Below, piece after piece: positions 19,808 to 30,185 of a stretch of 64,000 bases of DNA; the stretch's first letter is position 1, and every line of letters starts with the position of its first letter. The DNA lies in contig JAGATA010000027.1 of the NCBI GenBank assembly GCA_017621475.1, positions 1,084 to 65,083 of the forward strand, given 5' to 3'. The translations under genes and the position numbers were made by a program. Origin of the DNA: Clostridia bacterium (GTDB lineage Bacteria > Bacillota > Clostridia > Oscillospirales > CAG-272). The notes below the pieces were generated by a model, which saw only the letters and a list, made by a program, of their open reading frames with translations, was not told where the DNA came from and searched no databases.

Positions 19808-20053
19808 TTACTGATCTAACACCTCAAAAAGGTTGGAGGCATCATTTTTCAGAGTATGCTCTTTTATGTCTGTAACGCGAACTTTAAGTGTTTTTTCTCC
19901 AAAAGTAACTTCTATTATATCGCCTATTTTTACATTGTAAGAAGCTTTTGCATCTCTTCCGTTTACTTTTACATGTTCGGAATCGCAGGCATTGTTTGCA
20001 ACGGTGCGCCGTTTTATTATACGCGCAACTTTAAGGTATTTATCAAGTCTCAT
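19808..20053 (-). CDS. S4-domain RNA-binding protein (YabO/Hsp15-like)
   Basis: MRLDKYLKVARIIKRRT.A...C....V.VNG...K.S..VK.GD S4 signature in an 81-aa protein. Confidence 0.85.
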   Translation of the reverse strand: MRLDKYLKVARIIKRRTVANNACDSEHVKVNGRDAKASYNVKIGDIIEVTFGEKTLKVRVTDIKEHTLKNDASNLFEVLDQ

Positions 20054-20070
20054 ATATATCTCCTTTCGGC

Positions 20071-20110
20071 AAAAAAACAGAGCCGCAAATAATTATGCGG
20101 TCTCTGTTTT
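20071..20110 (-). terminator. Rho-independent terminator after hup
   Basis: On the minus strand, AACAGAGACCGCA-TAATTAT-TTGCGGCTCTGTT (one bulge) is followed by TTTTTTG. Confidence 0.75.
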
Positions 20111-20116
20111 CCACAA

Positions 20117-20392
20117 TTATTTATTAACTGCCTCTTTAAGTGCTTTGCTTGCGGAAAATGCGGGATATTTTGCTGCCGGAATAATAATTTTTTCCTTTGT
20201 CTTAGGGTTTCTGCCGGATCTCTCTGATCTTTTCTTAACATCAAAAGAGCCAAGACCGGAAATTTGTACTTTTTCGCCATCTATAAGAGCTTGCTCTATC
20301 GAATTGATAAAAGAGATTACAACAGTTTCGACGTCTTTCTTTTTCATTCCCGTCATTTTGGCAACATTTTCTATCAAATCTGTCTTATTCAT
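20117..20392 (-). CDS. hup: DNA-binding protein HU
   Basis: MNKTDLI..VA........K.VE.V.......I...L..GEKVQ..G.G.F.V..R..R.GRNP.T...I.IPA...P.F.A.K.LK..VN. Canonical HU sequence of 91 aa. Confidence 0.95.
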   Translation of the reverse strand: MNKTDLIENVAKMTGMKKKDVETVVISFINSIEQALIDGEKVQISGLGSFDVKKRSERSGRNPKTKEKIIIPAAKYPAFSASKALKEAVNK

Positions 20393-20547
20393 AATAAATT
20401 CCTTTCTTTATAATATTAAAAATTCAGAATTTCATATAGGTAAACATCACAAAAATATTATATCATTAAAATATCATTTTGGCAATACTTTCTATGTAAA
20501 ATTTATCAAAAACACAAATTTCTATTTAAATTTTTACAAGTAATTAT

Positions 20548-23500
20548 TTAGAAAAGAGAGATTTGGCTTGTTTCTGATAATCCGTCGAGTGCACCGTTAT
20601 TTTGAAGTATCTCTATAACAGCTTTGGATATTCCGGTACGCTCTCTAAGGTCTTCTATAGACAAATATTCCCCGTCAGATCTGGATTCAACAATATTTTG
20701 CGCAGCCGCTTCGCCAAGACCGGGTAGCGAGGAAAAAGGCAGGCGAATTTTTCCGTCTTCTGGAAGATAATATTTCGAGTCAGATTTGTATATATCCACA
20801 GGCAAGAATTTAAAGCCGCGCGCAAGAAACTCATAAGCCATAAGCATAGAGGAATATGTTTCGTTATCCTTTTGCGTTGCTTCTTTGCCTTTGCTTTTAA
20901 TATCGTTTAAGGTCTGTAATATAGCTTCCTTACCTTTGGTTGCAAGTTCACCGTCGAATCCACCTGGAGCAGCACTCCAATAACCTGCATAAAATGCAAG
21001 AGGCATATGGACTTTATACCAGCCTATTCTTATTGCACTCATTACATAAGCTGCAGCGTGAGCCTTGGGGAACATATATTTTATCTTTTTACAAGATGCG
21101 ATATACCAATCTGGTACGTTTGCTTCTCTCATTTCCGCCTCAAATTCCGGGGTAAGACCTTTACCTTTACGAACCATTTCCATGATCTTAAAGGCGTGGC
21201 TTTTTTCAACCCCATAGCGAATAAGCGCGAGCATAATATCGTCACGAGTACCGATAACGCTGGAAATAGTGCATATCCCTTTTGCTATAAGTTCGCTTGC
21301 ATTTCCAAGCCAAACGTCTGTACCGTGTGAAAGACCGGAAATCTGCAAAAGATCTGCAAAATTTTTCGGTTTTGTATCTTCAAGCATCTGCATAACAAAT
21401 TTTGTGCCGAATTCCGGTATTCCGAGCGTTCCGAGTTTTACTCCTATTGCGGAAAGATCGCAACCAAGTATTTCAGTTGAATAGAACATCTTGTATGTGT
21501 CCGGATCGTTCATTGGAACATCCAAAACACTCGTATTGGAAAAACGCTCTATAAGTTTATACTTGGTCGGAATATCATGACCGAGTTCATCGAGTTTAAG
21601 GAGTGTATCGTGTAGATATTCAAAAGTAAAATGTGTTGTAACAATATCGGAAGTAGGGTCATCAGCAGGATGTTGTACAGGGCAAAAATCGTATATTTCA
21701 TACTCTTTAGGAACAACAACGATGCCACCGGGGTGCTGACCTGTGGTTCTTTTAACACCAACACAGCCGGCAATAACTCTGTTTATTTCAGATTTATTTA
21801 CCGTTATCCCTTTGTCTTCCATATATTTAACGACAAATCCGTATGCTGTTTTATCAGCAAGAGTGCCTATCGTTCCTGCGCGGAATACGTTTTCTGCACC
21901 GAAAAGATCTTCAGTATATTTGTGAACTTTACCCTGCACGTCGCCGGAAAAATTAAGGTCGATATCAGGGGATTTGTCTCCATAGAAACCGAGAAAGGTT
22001 TCAAACGGTATATCGTGACCGTCATTTATCATTTTTTCTCCGCAATGTGGGCAATTTTTATCGGGTAAATCAAATCCGGAACCAACAGATCCGTCTGTAA
22101 AAAACTCAGAATGTTGGCATTTAGGGCAATAATAGTGAGGGGGCAAGGGGTTTACTTCCGAAATACCTGCCATAGAAGCAACAAAAGATGAACCAACAGA
22201 ACCGCGTGAGCCAACAAGATATCCATTATCCTCGCTGAATTTAACGAGTTTTTGAGCTATCATATAAAGAACGGCAAAACCGTTTTTTATAATAGATGTA
22301 AGTTCGCTGGAAAGCCTGTTTTCAACAAGTTCAGGAAGCGGATCTCCATACATACTATGTGCTCTTTCGTAGCACATACGGTGAAGATCTTCCTCCGCTC
22401 CTTCCATTTTAGGAGTAAAAGTACCATCCGGGAAAGGGCGGATATTGTCATCTATCATATCAGCAATCTTATTAGTGTTTGTTACAACTACCTCATAAGC
22501 CTTTTCTTTTCCGAGATACTCGAATTCTGCAAGCATTTCTTCCGTTGTACGGAAATAAAGATGTATATCTCTGTCTGCATCCGAAAATTTTTGACCTGCC
22601 AGCAATACTTTGCGATAGATTTCATCTTCATAATTCAAAAAGTGAGCATCGCAGGTAGCAACAACGGGTTTGCCGAGTTCATCACCAAGTTTGATTATTT
22701 TTCGGTTTATATCTTTGATAGCGTCCTCGTTTGCAACCGTTCCGTTTCCTATTAAAAATGAGTTATTACATAGAGGTTGTATTTCAAGATAATCATAAAA
22801 ATCAGCCAAGGCAAGAAGATCATCCCAAGGTTTGTTTTCTAAAACCGCGGTATAAAGCTGACCTGCTTCGCAAGCCGAGCCTATAAGAATTCCCTCTCTG
22901 TGAGATTCAAGGAGCGTTCGCGGAACTCTCGGAACTCTTTTGTAATAATCCAAATATCCGTGAGAAATAATTTTATACAGATTTTTAAGACCCACTGCGT
23001 TACGTGCATATAGGATTATATGGTACGTTTTGAGCGAAAGAGGGTCTGTTTTTTTATTCATTGCAAGCGACATTTGTGCAGGAGTATAGATACCCTCTTC
23101 CTTTAGTTTGGCTACCATACGATAGAATATTTTAGCACACATTTCTGCGTCATCGCTTGCTCTATGGTGGTTAAAATCGCCTATATTAAAATATTCGGCA
23201 AGAATATTAAGTTTATGCTTTTTAAGATCAGGGTTTACAAATCTGGACATAGATACAGTGTCCAGATAAGAGCTTGCAAAAGGAATATCGTTATCTGTTG
23301 CAACCTTGCGGATAAAGCTCATATCGAATGAAGCATTATGTGCAATAAGCATTCTTCCACCGACAAATTTTATAAACTCTGAAACTGCGTCTTTGTCCTT
23401 TGGCGCGCCTTTGACCATCTCATCTGTAATGCCGGTAAGATTTACAATTTCTTGAGGAATGGGCGTTTCGGGATCTACAAAGGTCTGGAACGTATCTATG

Positions 23501-24975
23501 ACCGTATCGTTTTTTACAAGAACTGCACCTATTTCCGTTATCTTGCAATTAAGCGGAGAAAGACCTGTTGTTTCAATATCAAATACAACAAATTCATCGT
23601 CAAAGCTTATGTGATCGCTTCCAAAAATAGCTTTAGCTGTATCGTCAACAAAGTATGCCTCTACCCCGTATAGAACTTTCATGCCTAGTTTCTCTGAGGC
23701 AAGCATGGCTTTTTGATAGCCTTGCACGTTTGCGTGGTCGGTGATTCCTATCGCCCTATGACCGAATCTGGCAGCTGTTTTTACCGCTACATCGGGAGGG
23801 ATGGTTGCATCCATAGATGACATATTTGTGTGCAAATGAAGTTCAACTCGCTTTTCAGGAGCGTTATCGAGGCGATCCATTTTCTTTATCTCCATTACGG
23901 AGAAAGGCGTAAGTATGTTTTCATTTTCAAATTCATCATAAGCAAATTTGCCCTCTATCGCGAGAAAAGCCCCGTCTTTCAATTTTAAAAATTCATCCTC
24001 ACCACGATCTTCCGAAACCATTTTTTTTACGGTTATAGAGCCGTTTTTATCGGTAATGCCAAAAGAAAGAGAATAACTTCCCTTCTTCTTGAGTTCACGA
24101 AGGTTTACGCCGAATATTTCCCCGGCAACAGTTACGTTATTCATTTGGCGTGAAAGTGCGGCAATTGTTACAGGAACTATATTAAAACTTCTTCCGTAAA
24201 TAACCTTGGGTTCTGAAATATCGAAAACCATATATCCAACATGAAGAAGCCCTTGCTCGTCTATATAAGCGTTTTTGACTTCATTTAAAAGCGTGTTCTT
24301 CATCGGGGATGAGGAGGATACAACCGGGGAACCCGATGCAGACGCAACAGCAGATACTGATTTTGGTTGATTTGGAGCCGGTTGCTGCACGGAATTCTTT
24401 GGTGGAGGCACATCTGCATCTGTAAATGTTCTTGCACAGGAAGCTCGTATTTGCTTCTGTATTGCCTCGTCAAATTCAACATCCGCTGTGTCAGAATGCG
24501 TAAACTCAATAGTGCATTGAACACCATACGCATTCATTATTATTGAAGAAAGTTTTTTCTCCATCTGTGCGTATTTCATAAAATCGACAGATCCCTCGCC
24601 AACATTTAGATGAATGGTTATTTTGTTATCCGTTCGGTCAAAAGTTGCGTTGGGAAGAAAACTTCTGGATATTGCATCCGTTTTACGAGCTTCATTTAAA
24701 ATTTCTTTAACGCTTTCATCACAAAACATTGAAGGATCATACTTTGGATATATCTTAGCATAATTAAGCATATATGCTTTCATTATTTCTCTTTCTGCGT
24801 TATATATCTTTCTGTATGGTACGATGAAGTGAAACTTAACATCTGCTTCAACGGCTCTTTCTGCTTTGGCAACGCGCAAATTCCCTGTTATGAGTCCAAT
24901 GTCGGTTATCTCGCGACTTTCCGCACTAAAATGACAACGTGGAAAAGCGGCGGAAAGAGTCTTTTTTGTCTCCAT
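20548..24975 (-). CDS. polC: DNA polymerase III alpha subunit, PolC type
   Basis: 1475 aa. PHP domain (VELHLHTNMS), inserted DEDDh proofreading exonuclease (VVFDIETTGL ... HNASFDMSF ... HRASDDAE), zinc-finger CPKC...CPHC, and C-terminal HhH. The S/P-rich linker near residues 190-225 is low complexity. Confidence 0.98.
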   Translation of the reverse strand: METKKTLSAAFPRCHFSAESREITDIGLITGNLRVAKAERAVEADVKFHFIVPYRKIYNAEREIMKAYMLNYAKIYPKYDPSMFCDESVKEILNEARKTDAISRSFLPNATFDRTDNKITIHLNVGEGSVDFMKYAQMEKKLSSIIMNAYGVQCTIEFTHSDTADVEFDEAIQKQIRASCARTFTDADVPPPKNSVQQPAPNQPKSVSAVASASGSPVVSSSSPMKNTLLNEVKNAYIDEQGLLHVGYMVFDISEPKVIYGRSFNIVPVTIAALSRQMNNVTVAGEIFGVNLRELKKKGSYSLSFGITDKNGSITVKKMVSEDRGEDEFLKLKDGAFLAIEGKFAYDEFENENILTPFSVMEIKKMDRLDNAPEKRVELHLHTNMSSMDATIPPDVAVKTAARFGHRAIGITDHANVQGYQKAMLASEKLGMKVLYGVEAYFVDDTAKAIFGSDHISFDDEFVVFDIETTGLSPLNCKITEIGAVLVKNDTVIDTFQTFVDPETPIPQEIVNLTGITDEMVKGAPKDKDAVSEFIKFVGGRMLIAHNASFDMSFIRKVATDNDIPFASSYLDTVSMSRFVNPDLKKHKLNILAEYFNIGDFNHHRASDDAEMCAKIFYRMVAKLKEEGIYTPAQMSLAMNKKTDPLSLKTYHIILYARNAVGLKNLYKIISHGYLDYYKRVPRVPRTLLESHREGILIGSACEAGQLYTAVLENKPWDDLLALADFYDYLEIQPLCNNSFLIGNGTVANEDAIKDINRKIIKLGDELGKPVVATCDAHFLNYEDEIYRKVLLAGQKFSDADRDIHLYFRTTEEMLAEFEYLGKEKAYEVVVTNTNKIADMIDDNIRPFPDGTFTPKMEGAEEDLHRMCYERAHSMYGDPLPELVENRLSSELTSIIKNGFAVLYMIAQKLVKFSEDNGYLVGSRGSVGSSFVASMAGISEVNPLPPHYYCPKCQHSEFFTDGSVGSGFDLPDKNCPHCGEKMINDGHDIPFETFLGFYGDKSPDIDLNFSGDVQGKVHKYTEDLFGAENVFRAGTIGTLADKTAYGFVVKYMEDKGITVNKSEINRVIAGCVGVKRTTGQHPGGIVVVPKEYEIYDFCPVQHPADDPTSDIVTTHFTFEYLHDTLLKLDELGHDIPTKYKLIERFSNTSVLDVPMNDPDTYKMFYSTEILGCDLSAIGVKLGTLGIPEFGTKFVMQMLEDTKPKNFADLLQISGLSHGTDVWLGNASELIAKGICTISSVIGTRDDIMLALIRYGVEKSHAFKIMEMVRKGKGLTPEFEAEMREANVPDWYIASCKKIKYMFPKAHAAAYVMSAIRIGWYKVHMPLAFYAGYWSAAPGGFDGELATKGKEAILQTLNDIKSKGKEATQKDNETYSSMLMAYEFLARGFKFLPVDIYKSDSKYYLPEDGKIRLPFSSLPGLGEAAAQNIVESRSDGEYLSIEDLRERTGISKAVIEILQNNGALDGLSETSQISLF

Positions 24976-24978
24976 TTT

Positions 24979-26070
24979 TTATCCCTCCTTTTTTGTCAAT
25001 TTTTTTATCTCTGAAATAAGCTCGTCCACAACGGAATCCTCTGGAATTTTTCTAATTATTTTTCCGTGAGAAAATAGTAATGCCTCTCTGTCGCCTCCGG
25101 CAACACCGATATCCGCTTCCCTTGCCTCCCCGAGACCGTTTACTGCGCATCCCATTACAGCAACCGTCAGCTTCTTATCGGGTGTGCCTATTTCACAAAG
25201 CCTGTTTTCGAGTTCTTTGCAGATATTTATAAGGTCTATTCTTGTGCGCCCGCACGTCGGACAGGATATTATATTTATATAATTATCGTTTGTAAGTTCA
25301 AGCGCGCGAAGAAGTTTCTTTTCATAATAAACTTCTTTAACAGGATCGTCCGTAAGAGATATACGTATGGTATCTCCGATGCCTGATAAGAGAAGAGAGC
25401 CGATACCTGCCGCTGATTTTATAAGACCATCTTCTCCTCTGCCGGATTCTGTAACGCCTATATGCAAAGGATAGTCACATCTTTCTGCAACAAGTTCGGA
25501 TGCTTTTTTCATACTCAAAACATGACTTGATTTTATGGATATTACAATATCGTTAAAATCATATTTTTCAAGCAAACTTGCATGATAAAGAGCGCTTTCG
25601 GCGAGAGCTTCCGGTGTAGGAGCACCATATTTTTTTAAAATATGATTTTCAAGAGAACCGGAATTTACCCCTATGCGTATGGGGATTTTTTTATTGCGGC
25701 ACATATTGGCAACGGCTTTTACCTTTTCATCCGAGCCGATATTTCCGGGATTTATGCGAATTTTGTCCACGCTGCATTCCGCAGCCGCAAGAGCTATTTT
25801 GTAATCAAAATGTATGTCAGCAACCAAAGGAACAGATATTCCTCTATCTTTAAGCTTAGATATAGTCTTTGCGGACTCGATATCCGGCAAAGCAAGACGC
25901 ACAATATCGACCCCCGCTTTTTCGAGGGCCGACACTTGCATATATGTTGCTTCAATATCGTGAGAATCTGTATTGGTCATTGATTGTATGGAAATGGGTG
26001 AATCTGCACCAATAGTAATATTTCCAACTTGAATTTTTCTTGTTTTTCGTCTGATATTATTATAATTCAT
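24979..26070 (-). CDS. ispG: 4-hydroxy-3-methylbut-2-en-1-yl diphosphate synthase
   Basis: PI.IQSMT.T, VRLA.PD, LVADIHFD, RINPGNIG, and C-terminal SCPTCGR...MGC.VNGPGE-like cluster ligands. Confidence 0.95.
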   Translation of the reverse strand: MNYNNIRRKTRKIQVGNITIGADSPISIQSMTNTDSHDIEATYMQVSALEKAGVDIVRLALPDIESAKTISKLKDRGISVPLVADIHFDYKIALAAAECSVDKIRINPGNIGSDEKVKAVANMCRNKKIPIRIGVNSGSLENHILKKYGAPTPEALAESALYHASLLEKYDFNDIVISIKSSHVLSMKKASELVAERCDYPLHIGVTESGRGEDGLIKSAAGIGSLLLSGIGDTIRISLTDDPVKEVYYEKKLLRALELTNDNYINIISCPTCGRTRIDLINICKELENRLCEIGTPDKKLTVAVMGCAVNGLGEAREADIGVAGGDREALLFSHGKIIRKIPEDSVVDELISEIKKLTKKEG

Positions 26071-26082
26071 ATTTTTACTTCT

Positions 26083-27102
26083 TTATAATATAATTTGAAA
26101 TACGTCTTTTACGGTTATGAATATCATGAGTCCGAAAAGTAGGATCATACCGATAAGGTTTATATAACCTTCGACAGTTTTGTTAACAGGACGTTTTATT
26201 ATTGCCTCTATAAGCAACATAAGCATTCTTCCTCCGTCAAGTGCCGGAATGGGAAGAAGATTCATAATTCCAAGGTTCATAGCCAGTAAAACGAAAATGC
26301 TCCAAAGCTGATAGGCATCCGTTTTTGCTGTGGTGGAAATAACATTAACAACGCCTACAGGACCGGAAAGATCTTCTACACCGTAAGTTCCGGTGATGAG
26401 ATCCCAAATAGAATCAAAAACCGTTCGTATTGTCAGGGTTGCCTGAAAAAATCCGTTTTTTAATATAGTCGGAAAATTTTTTTCCGCAACGTGAACGTAA
26501 AAATCTCTGAGACCGAAAATATGTCCTGATTGAACGGTTGTGGGAAAAACGACGTTTTCAAGAGTTATTTCGTTTCCTGCGCGTTGAACGGTTATCTGTA
26601 CGGGTTCTGAACCGTATCTGTTTATAAAATAGTTCAGTTCTCCCAAAGTGTGAACATTGTGTCCATCTACCTCTTTTATGATGTCATCAACCTTAATGAG
26701 CGCAGATGAGGTCGCTCCTTCCGGAAAGCTTGCAACTTGTACAGTTCCTATTTGCGGTGTAGATATAACAAGTATAAACATAACCACAAATCCGAGAAGA
26801 ACGTTAGAAACAGAGCCCGCCGCGCAAACGATCAATCTTTGCCATATCGGTTTTTTATGAAATGCGTTTTCATTATCGCTTTCCTCGTCTTCTCCGACCA
26901 TACTAACAAATCCGCCTATTGGCAAAGCTCTTATCGAATAAGCGATGCCCGTCTTTTTGGATGTTTTTGAAATTAGTTTAGGTCCCATTCCTATAGAAAA
27001 CTCTGTTATTGCAACATTAAAAATCCTTGCTGTAATATAATGTCCTAATTCGTGAATGAAGATCAAAAGTCCAAACAGAAGAATTGCCAAGATAATATAC
27101 AT
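26083..27102 (-). CDS. rseP: RIP site-2 metalloprotease (RseP/RasP family)
   Basis: HELGHY zinc motif in TM1, a central PDZ-like segment, and NLLPIPALDGG near the C-terminus. Confidence 0.9.
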   Translation of the reverse strand: MYIILAILLFGLLIFIHELGHYITARIFNVAITEFSIGMGPKLISKTSKKTGIAYSIRALPIGGFVSMVGEDEESDNENAFHKKPIWQRLIVCAAGSVSNVLLGFVVMFILVISTPQIGTVQVASFPEGATSSALIKVDDIIKEVDGHNVHTLGELNYFINRYGSEPVQITVQRAGNEITLENVVFPTTVQSGHIFGLRDFYVHVAEKNFPTILKNGFFQATLTIRTVFDSIWDLITGTYGVEDLSGPVGVVNVISTTAKTDAYQLWSIFVLLAMNLGIMNLLPIPALDGGRMLMLLIEAIIKRPVNKTVEGYINLIGMILLFGLMIFITVKDVFQIIL

Positions 27103-27163
27103 TAAAAACCTCTTGTTTACTTTTTTTAATTATTATTCGCTTTAATACGATATTATTCTATAT

Positions 27164-28006
27164 TCAGCCAATAAGTTTTACTCCCCAAATAGCAACAACA
27201 CCGAAAATAACGGGAGCAACCGCAATAATAGAATCAAATCTATCCATAATTCCACCGTGTCCGGGCAACACTACGCCGTAGTCTTTAATGCCCTGTTCCC
27301 TTTTTATGTAGGAGGCTATAAGATCGCCTATCTGCGAAATAACGGCAACGAATACAGCTGTGCAGGCAAGCGCAATATAATTTGCTTCTCTGCCGTAAAA
27401 ATGTTCCACGCATATTCCGAATATCAAATATCCGATAACGCAACCAAGTATTCCGCCCAATGCACCTTCGATCGTCTTTTTGGGGCTTACAGAAGGAATA
27501 AGCTTATGCTTTCCAAAAATGACACCTACAAAATAAGCACCTGTATCTGTCGCCCACGCACCTATGAAAACAAGAAGAAAGAGATTATTTCCGAATTCAG
27601 TGTAGCGCAATCCGATAATGGAGAGAAATCCGCAAACCACATAGAAACAGGTGGCGACAAAAGAAGCCACTTGGGTGTATTTTATCTTTCCGATGTTGAA
27701 CATGGCTATGGCAAATACTATGAAAAGGAACAAAAAGCCTGTTGAGATCAAATATGCGGAATATTTATCACTTTCTCGCAAGAATACCGTTAATGCTGTT
27801 ATGATAATACCAAAAAGGTAAGTTATAGCCATTATTACATAATTTTTTCTTACTCTAAAACATCCTGTAAGTTCATGCATTGCAATGGTAGCGAGGATCC
27901 CCAAGACGATAACAAAACCATAAGATCCTATTGGATGCCCGGAAAAGAGCAACACCGGAAAAAATAATAAAAAGGCAACAACGCCGGTGATTACACGTTT
28001 TAACAT
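27164..28006 (-). CDS. cdsA: Phosphatidate cytidylyltransferase
   Basis: Polytopic membrane protein with SPKKT.EG..GG and the C-terminal GHGG..DR.DS signature. The ORF opens at a TTG (28012) overlapping the uppS stop. The ATG at 28006 is the more likely start. Confidence 0.9.
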   Translation of the reverse strand: MLKRVITGVVAFLLFFPVLLFSGHPIGSYGFVIVLGILATIAMHELTGCFRVRKNYVIMAITYLFGIIITALTVFLRESDKYSAYLISTGFLFLFIVFAIAMFNIGKIKYTQVASFVATCFYVVCGFLSIIGLRYTEFGNNLFLLVFIGAWATDTGAYFVGVIFGKHKLIPSVSPKKTIEGALGGILGCVIGYLIFGICVEHFYGREANYIALACTAVFVAVISQIGDLIASYIKREQGIKDYGVVLPGHGGIMDRFDSIIAVAPVIFGVVAIWGVKLIG

Positions 28007-28008
28007 AA

Positions 28009-28692
28009 TCAAACGCCCCCGAATCTTCTTTTTCTCTTACCGAATTGTTCTATAATATCGTCAATTTCGGATTTTCTCAGATCTGGCCATAATGTATCCG
28101 TAAAAAAAAGTTCGGAATATGCGGATTGCCACATGAGAAAATTGGAAAGACGCATCTCACCACCCGTCCTGATGATCATATCAGGAGGTGGACAAATTCC
28201 GGAATAGATATTATTGGTAATATCTTCTTCGGTTATCTCTGTTTTGCCTTCTGAAAAGAGTTTGTTTACGGCATCAACTATTTCTGCACGACCACCGTAA
28301 TTTATAGCAATACAAAGCTTTTTATGGCAAGCACTTGTAGCATTCTCTAAAAACTTCATTTTGGAACGCATTTCTTCCGAAAATCGCATTTTTTCGCCGA
28401 GAAAAGCAATACCTACATCTTTGTCACGTGATTTTTGCGCTTCGTCAAGATATTCCATAAACAACTTCATTATAGCATTTACTTCACTTACGGGACGTTT
28501 CCAATTTTCTGTGGAAAAAGCGTAAAAAGTAACGTATGGCACACCTATATCGTAGCAGTAAGAAGCAACTTCTCTGAACTTTTTAGCTCCGAAATTATGA
28601 CCGTATTCGCGTGGCATCATCCGTTTTTTTGCCCATCTGCCGTTTCCGTCCATTATAAATGCAATATGTTTTATATCGTTTTGCACTTCCAT
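28009..28692 (-). CDS. uppS: Isoprenyl transferase (undecaprenyl diphosphate synthase)
   Basis: HIAFIMDGNGRWAK, FS.ENW.RP..EV, IRTGGE.R.SNFL.WQ..Y.E..F. Confidence 0.95.
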   Translation of the reverse strand: MEVQNDIKHIAFIMDGNGRWAKKRMMPREYGHNFGAKKFREVASYCYDIGVPYVTFYAFSTENWKRPVSEVNAIMKLFMEYLDEAQKSRDKDVGIAFLGEKMRFSEEMRSKMKFLENATSACHKKLCIAINYGGRAEIVDAVNKLFSEGKTEITEEDITNNIYSGICPPPDMIIRTGGEMRLSNFLMWQSAYSELFFTDTLWPDLRKSEIDDIIEQFGKRKRRFGGV

Positions 28693-28758
28693 CTTAACCT
28701 TTCCTTTAATCGCAATAACCGCCGTGTGAAGCGGCGGTTACCTGAAGTCCTATTTTTC

Positions 28759-29313
28759 TTAGATAGACATAACGTCTTTGTTTTTCTGCTCTGTAATTTT
28801 GTCGATCTTTGCAATATAGTTATCTGTAAGAGTCTGAACATCTTTTTCGGAAAGCTTCTGTTCATCTTCGGTCATTTCAGAGCTTTTCTTCATTGCTTTG
28901 ATTTTATCGTTAGCATCGCGGCGAACATTTCTGATGGCAACTTTAGCATCTTCACCCATACGCATAACCTGTTTTGCAATCTCTTTTCTCTTTTCTTCTG
29001 TAAGAGCCGGGAACGAAAGTCTGATGCATTTACCGTCATTCTGGGGAGGAATGCCGAGATCGCTTTCGTTGATTGCTTTTTCAACTACCTTAAGCATATT
29101 GTTTTCCCAAGGTGTGATAATGATTGTTCTTGCATCTGCCACTTTAACTTCACCAACCTGATTTACGGGTGTGGGAGTTCCCCAGTAGTCAACTCTGATC
29201 TTAGAAAGAACATTGGGGTTAGCGCGTCCAACGCGAATTGTGTCAAGTTCGGATTCATATCCTGCGATAAGTTTATCCATTTTTGTTGCAAATGATTTTG
29301 TGTCGAGTTTCAT
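28759..29313 (-). CDS. frr: Ribosome recycling factor
   Basis: L..IR.GRANP..L..I.VDYYG..TP..Q.A.....DAR...I.PW; RNVRRDAND. The ATG at 29313 (MKLDTKSF...) lies 2 nt after the pyrH stop. The longer ORF to 29358 overlaps pyrH. Confidence 0.95.
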   Translation of the reverse strand: MKLDTKSFATKMDKLIAGYESELDTIRVGRANPNVLSKIRVDYWGTPTPVNQVGEVKVADARTIIITPWENNMLKVVEKAINESDLGIPPQNDGKCIRLSFPALTEEKRKEIAKQVMRMGEDAKVAIRNVRRDANDKIKAMKKSSEMTEDEQKLSEKDVQTLTDNYIAKIDKITEQKNKDVMSI

Positions 29314-29315
29314 AA

Positions 29316-30032
29316 TTATTTTTCTCCTCCTACAATAGTTCCTATTTTTTCTCCGCAAACTGCTTTTATAATGTTGTTGGGATCATCAAGGCCAAACAAC
29401 AAGATCGGAATTTTGTTTTCCATACTGAATGAAGTTGCCGTAAAGTCAAGTACTTTAAGCTCATTTTTAAGTATATCGATATAATCGATGCTGGGTATTT
29501 TTTTAGCGTTGGGATCTTTTTTGGGATCCGCAGTATAAACACCGTCAACGTTTTTGGCAAGAAGAACGATCTCTGCTCCTATTTCCGCACCGCGAAGAAC
29601 CGCAGCTGTGTCCGTGGAAAAGAAAGGGCTTCCAATTCCGCAACCAAATATAACCACTCTGCCGTGTTCAAGATGAGATATTGCTTTATTGCGAATATAA
29701 GGTTCTGCGAAAGCTTTCATTTCTATCGCCGTCATAACACGTGCAGGCGCGCCGAGATTTTCGAGCATATCTTGTATTGCAAGGCAGTTGATGACTGTAG
29801 CAAGCATGCCCATATGGTCTGCTCGTGTACGATCCATTCCTTCACCCTGTCTGCCGCGCCAAATATTTCCCGCGCCGACAACAACGGCAACCTGAGTTCC
29901 CATATCCACGCATTCTTTTATAACACCGCAAATGGTTTTAAGAAAATTTTTATCTATTATCTCGTTTCCGCCCGCCATAAGAGCTTCGCCGGATAATTTG
30001 ACCAAAACTCTTTTATATTTTGGTTTCTCCAT
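29316..30032 (-). CDS. pyrH: UMP kinase
   Basis: [30 protein letters not shown]-like [26 protein letters not shown]. The ATG at 30032 lies 8 nt downstream of the GGAGG core. An alternative in-frame ATG lies at 30041. Confidence 0.95.
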   Translation of the reverse strand: MEKPKYKRVLVKLSGEALMAGGNEIIDKNFLKTICGVIKECVDMGTQVAVVVGAGNIWRGRQGEGMDRTRADHMGMLATVINCLAIQDMLENLGAPARVMTAIEMKAFAEPYIRNKAISHLEHGRVVIFGCGIGSPFFSTDTAAVLRGAEIGAEIVLLAKNVDGVYTADPKKDPNAKKIPSIDYIDILKNELKVLDFTATSFSMENKIPILLFGLDDPNNIIKAVCGEKIGTIVGGEK

Positions 30033-30125
30033 TTCATTCACCTCCGATTGAAATTTGCGTTTCTATACAAATATAATTCTACCCTAAAAATTCCACTTTG
30101 TAAATATATTTTTTGTAAAAAGATA

Positions 30126-30158
30126 AAAAACAGACCTAAAATTTTTAGGCCTGTTTTT
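30126..30158 (-). terminator. Rho-independent terminator after the DHHW-family gene
   Basis: On the minus strand, AAACAGGCCTAAAAATTTTAGGTCTGTTTTTT (one mismatch in the stem, then a T-run). Confidence 0.7.
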
Positions 30159-30185
30159 GTGTATTTATATTCAAAGAAATTAAAA

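Noticed and set aside
28435-29295. 286-aa plus-strand ORF
   Set aside because: It is antisense to uppS and frr, both of which are unambiguous.
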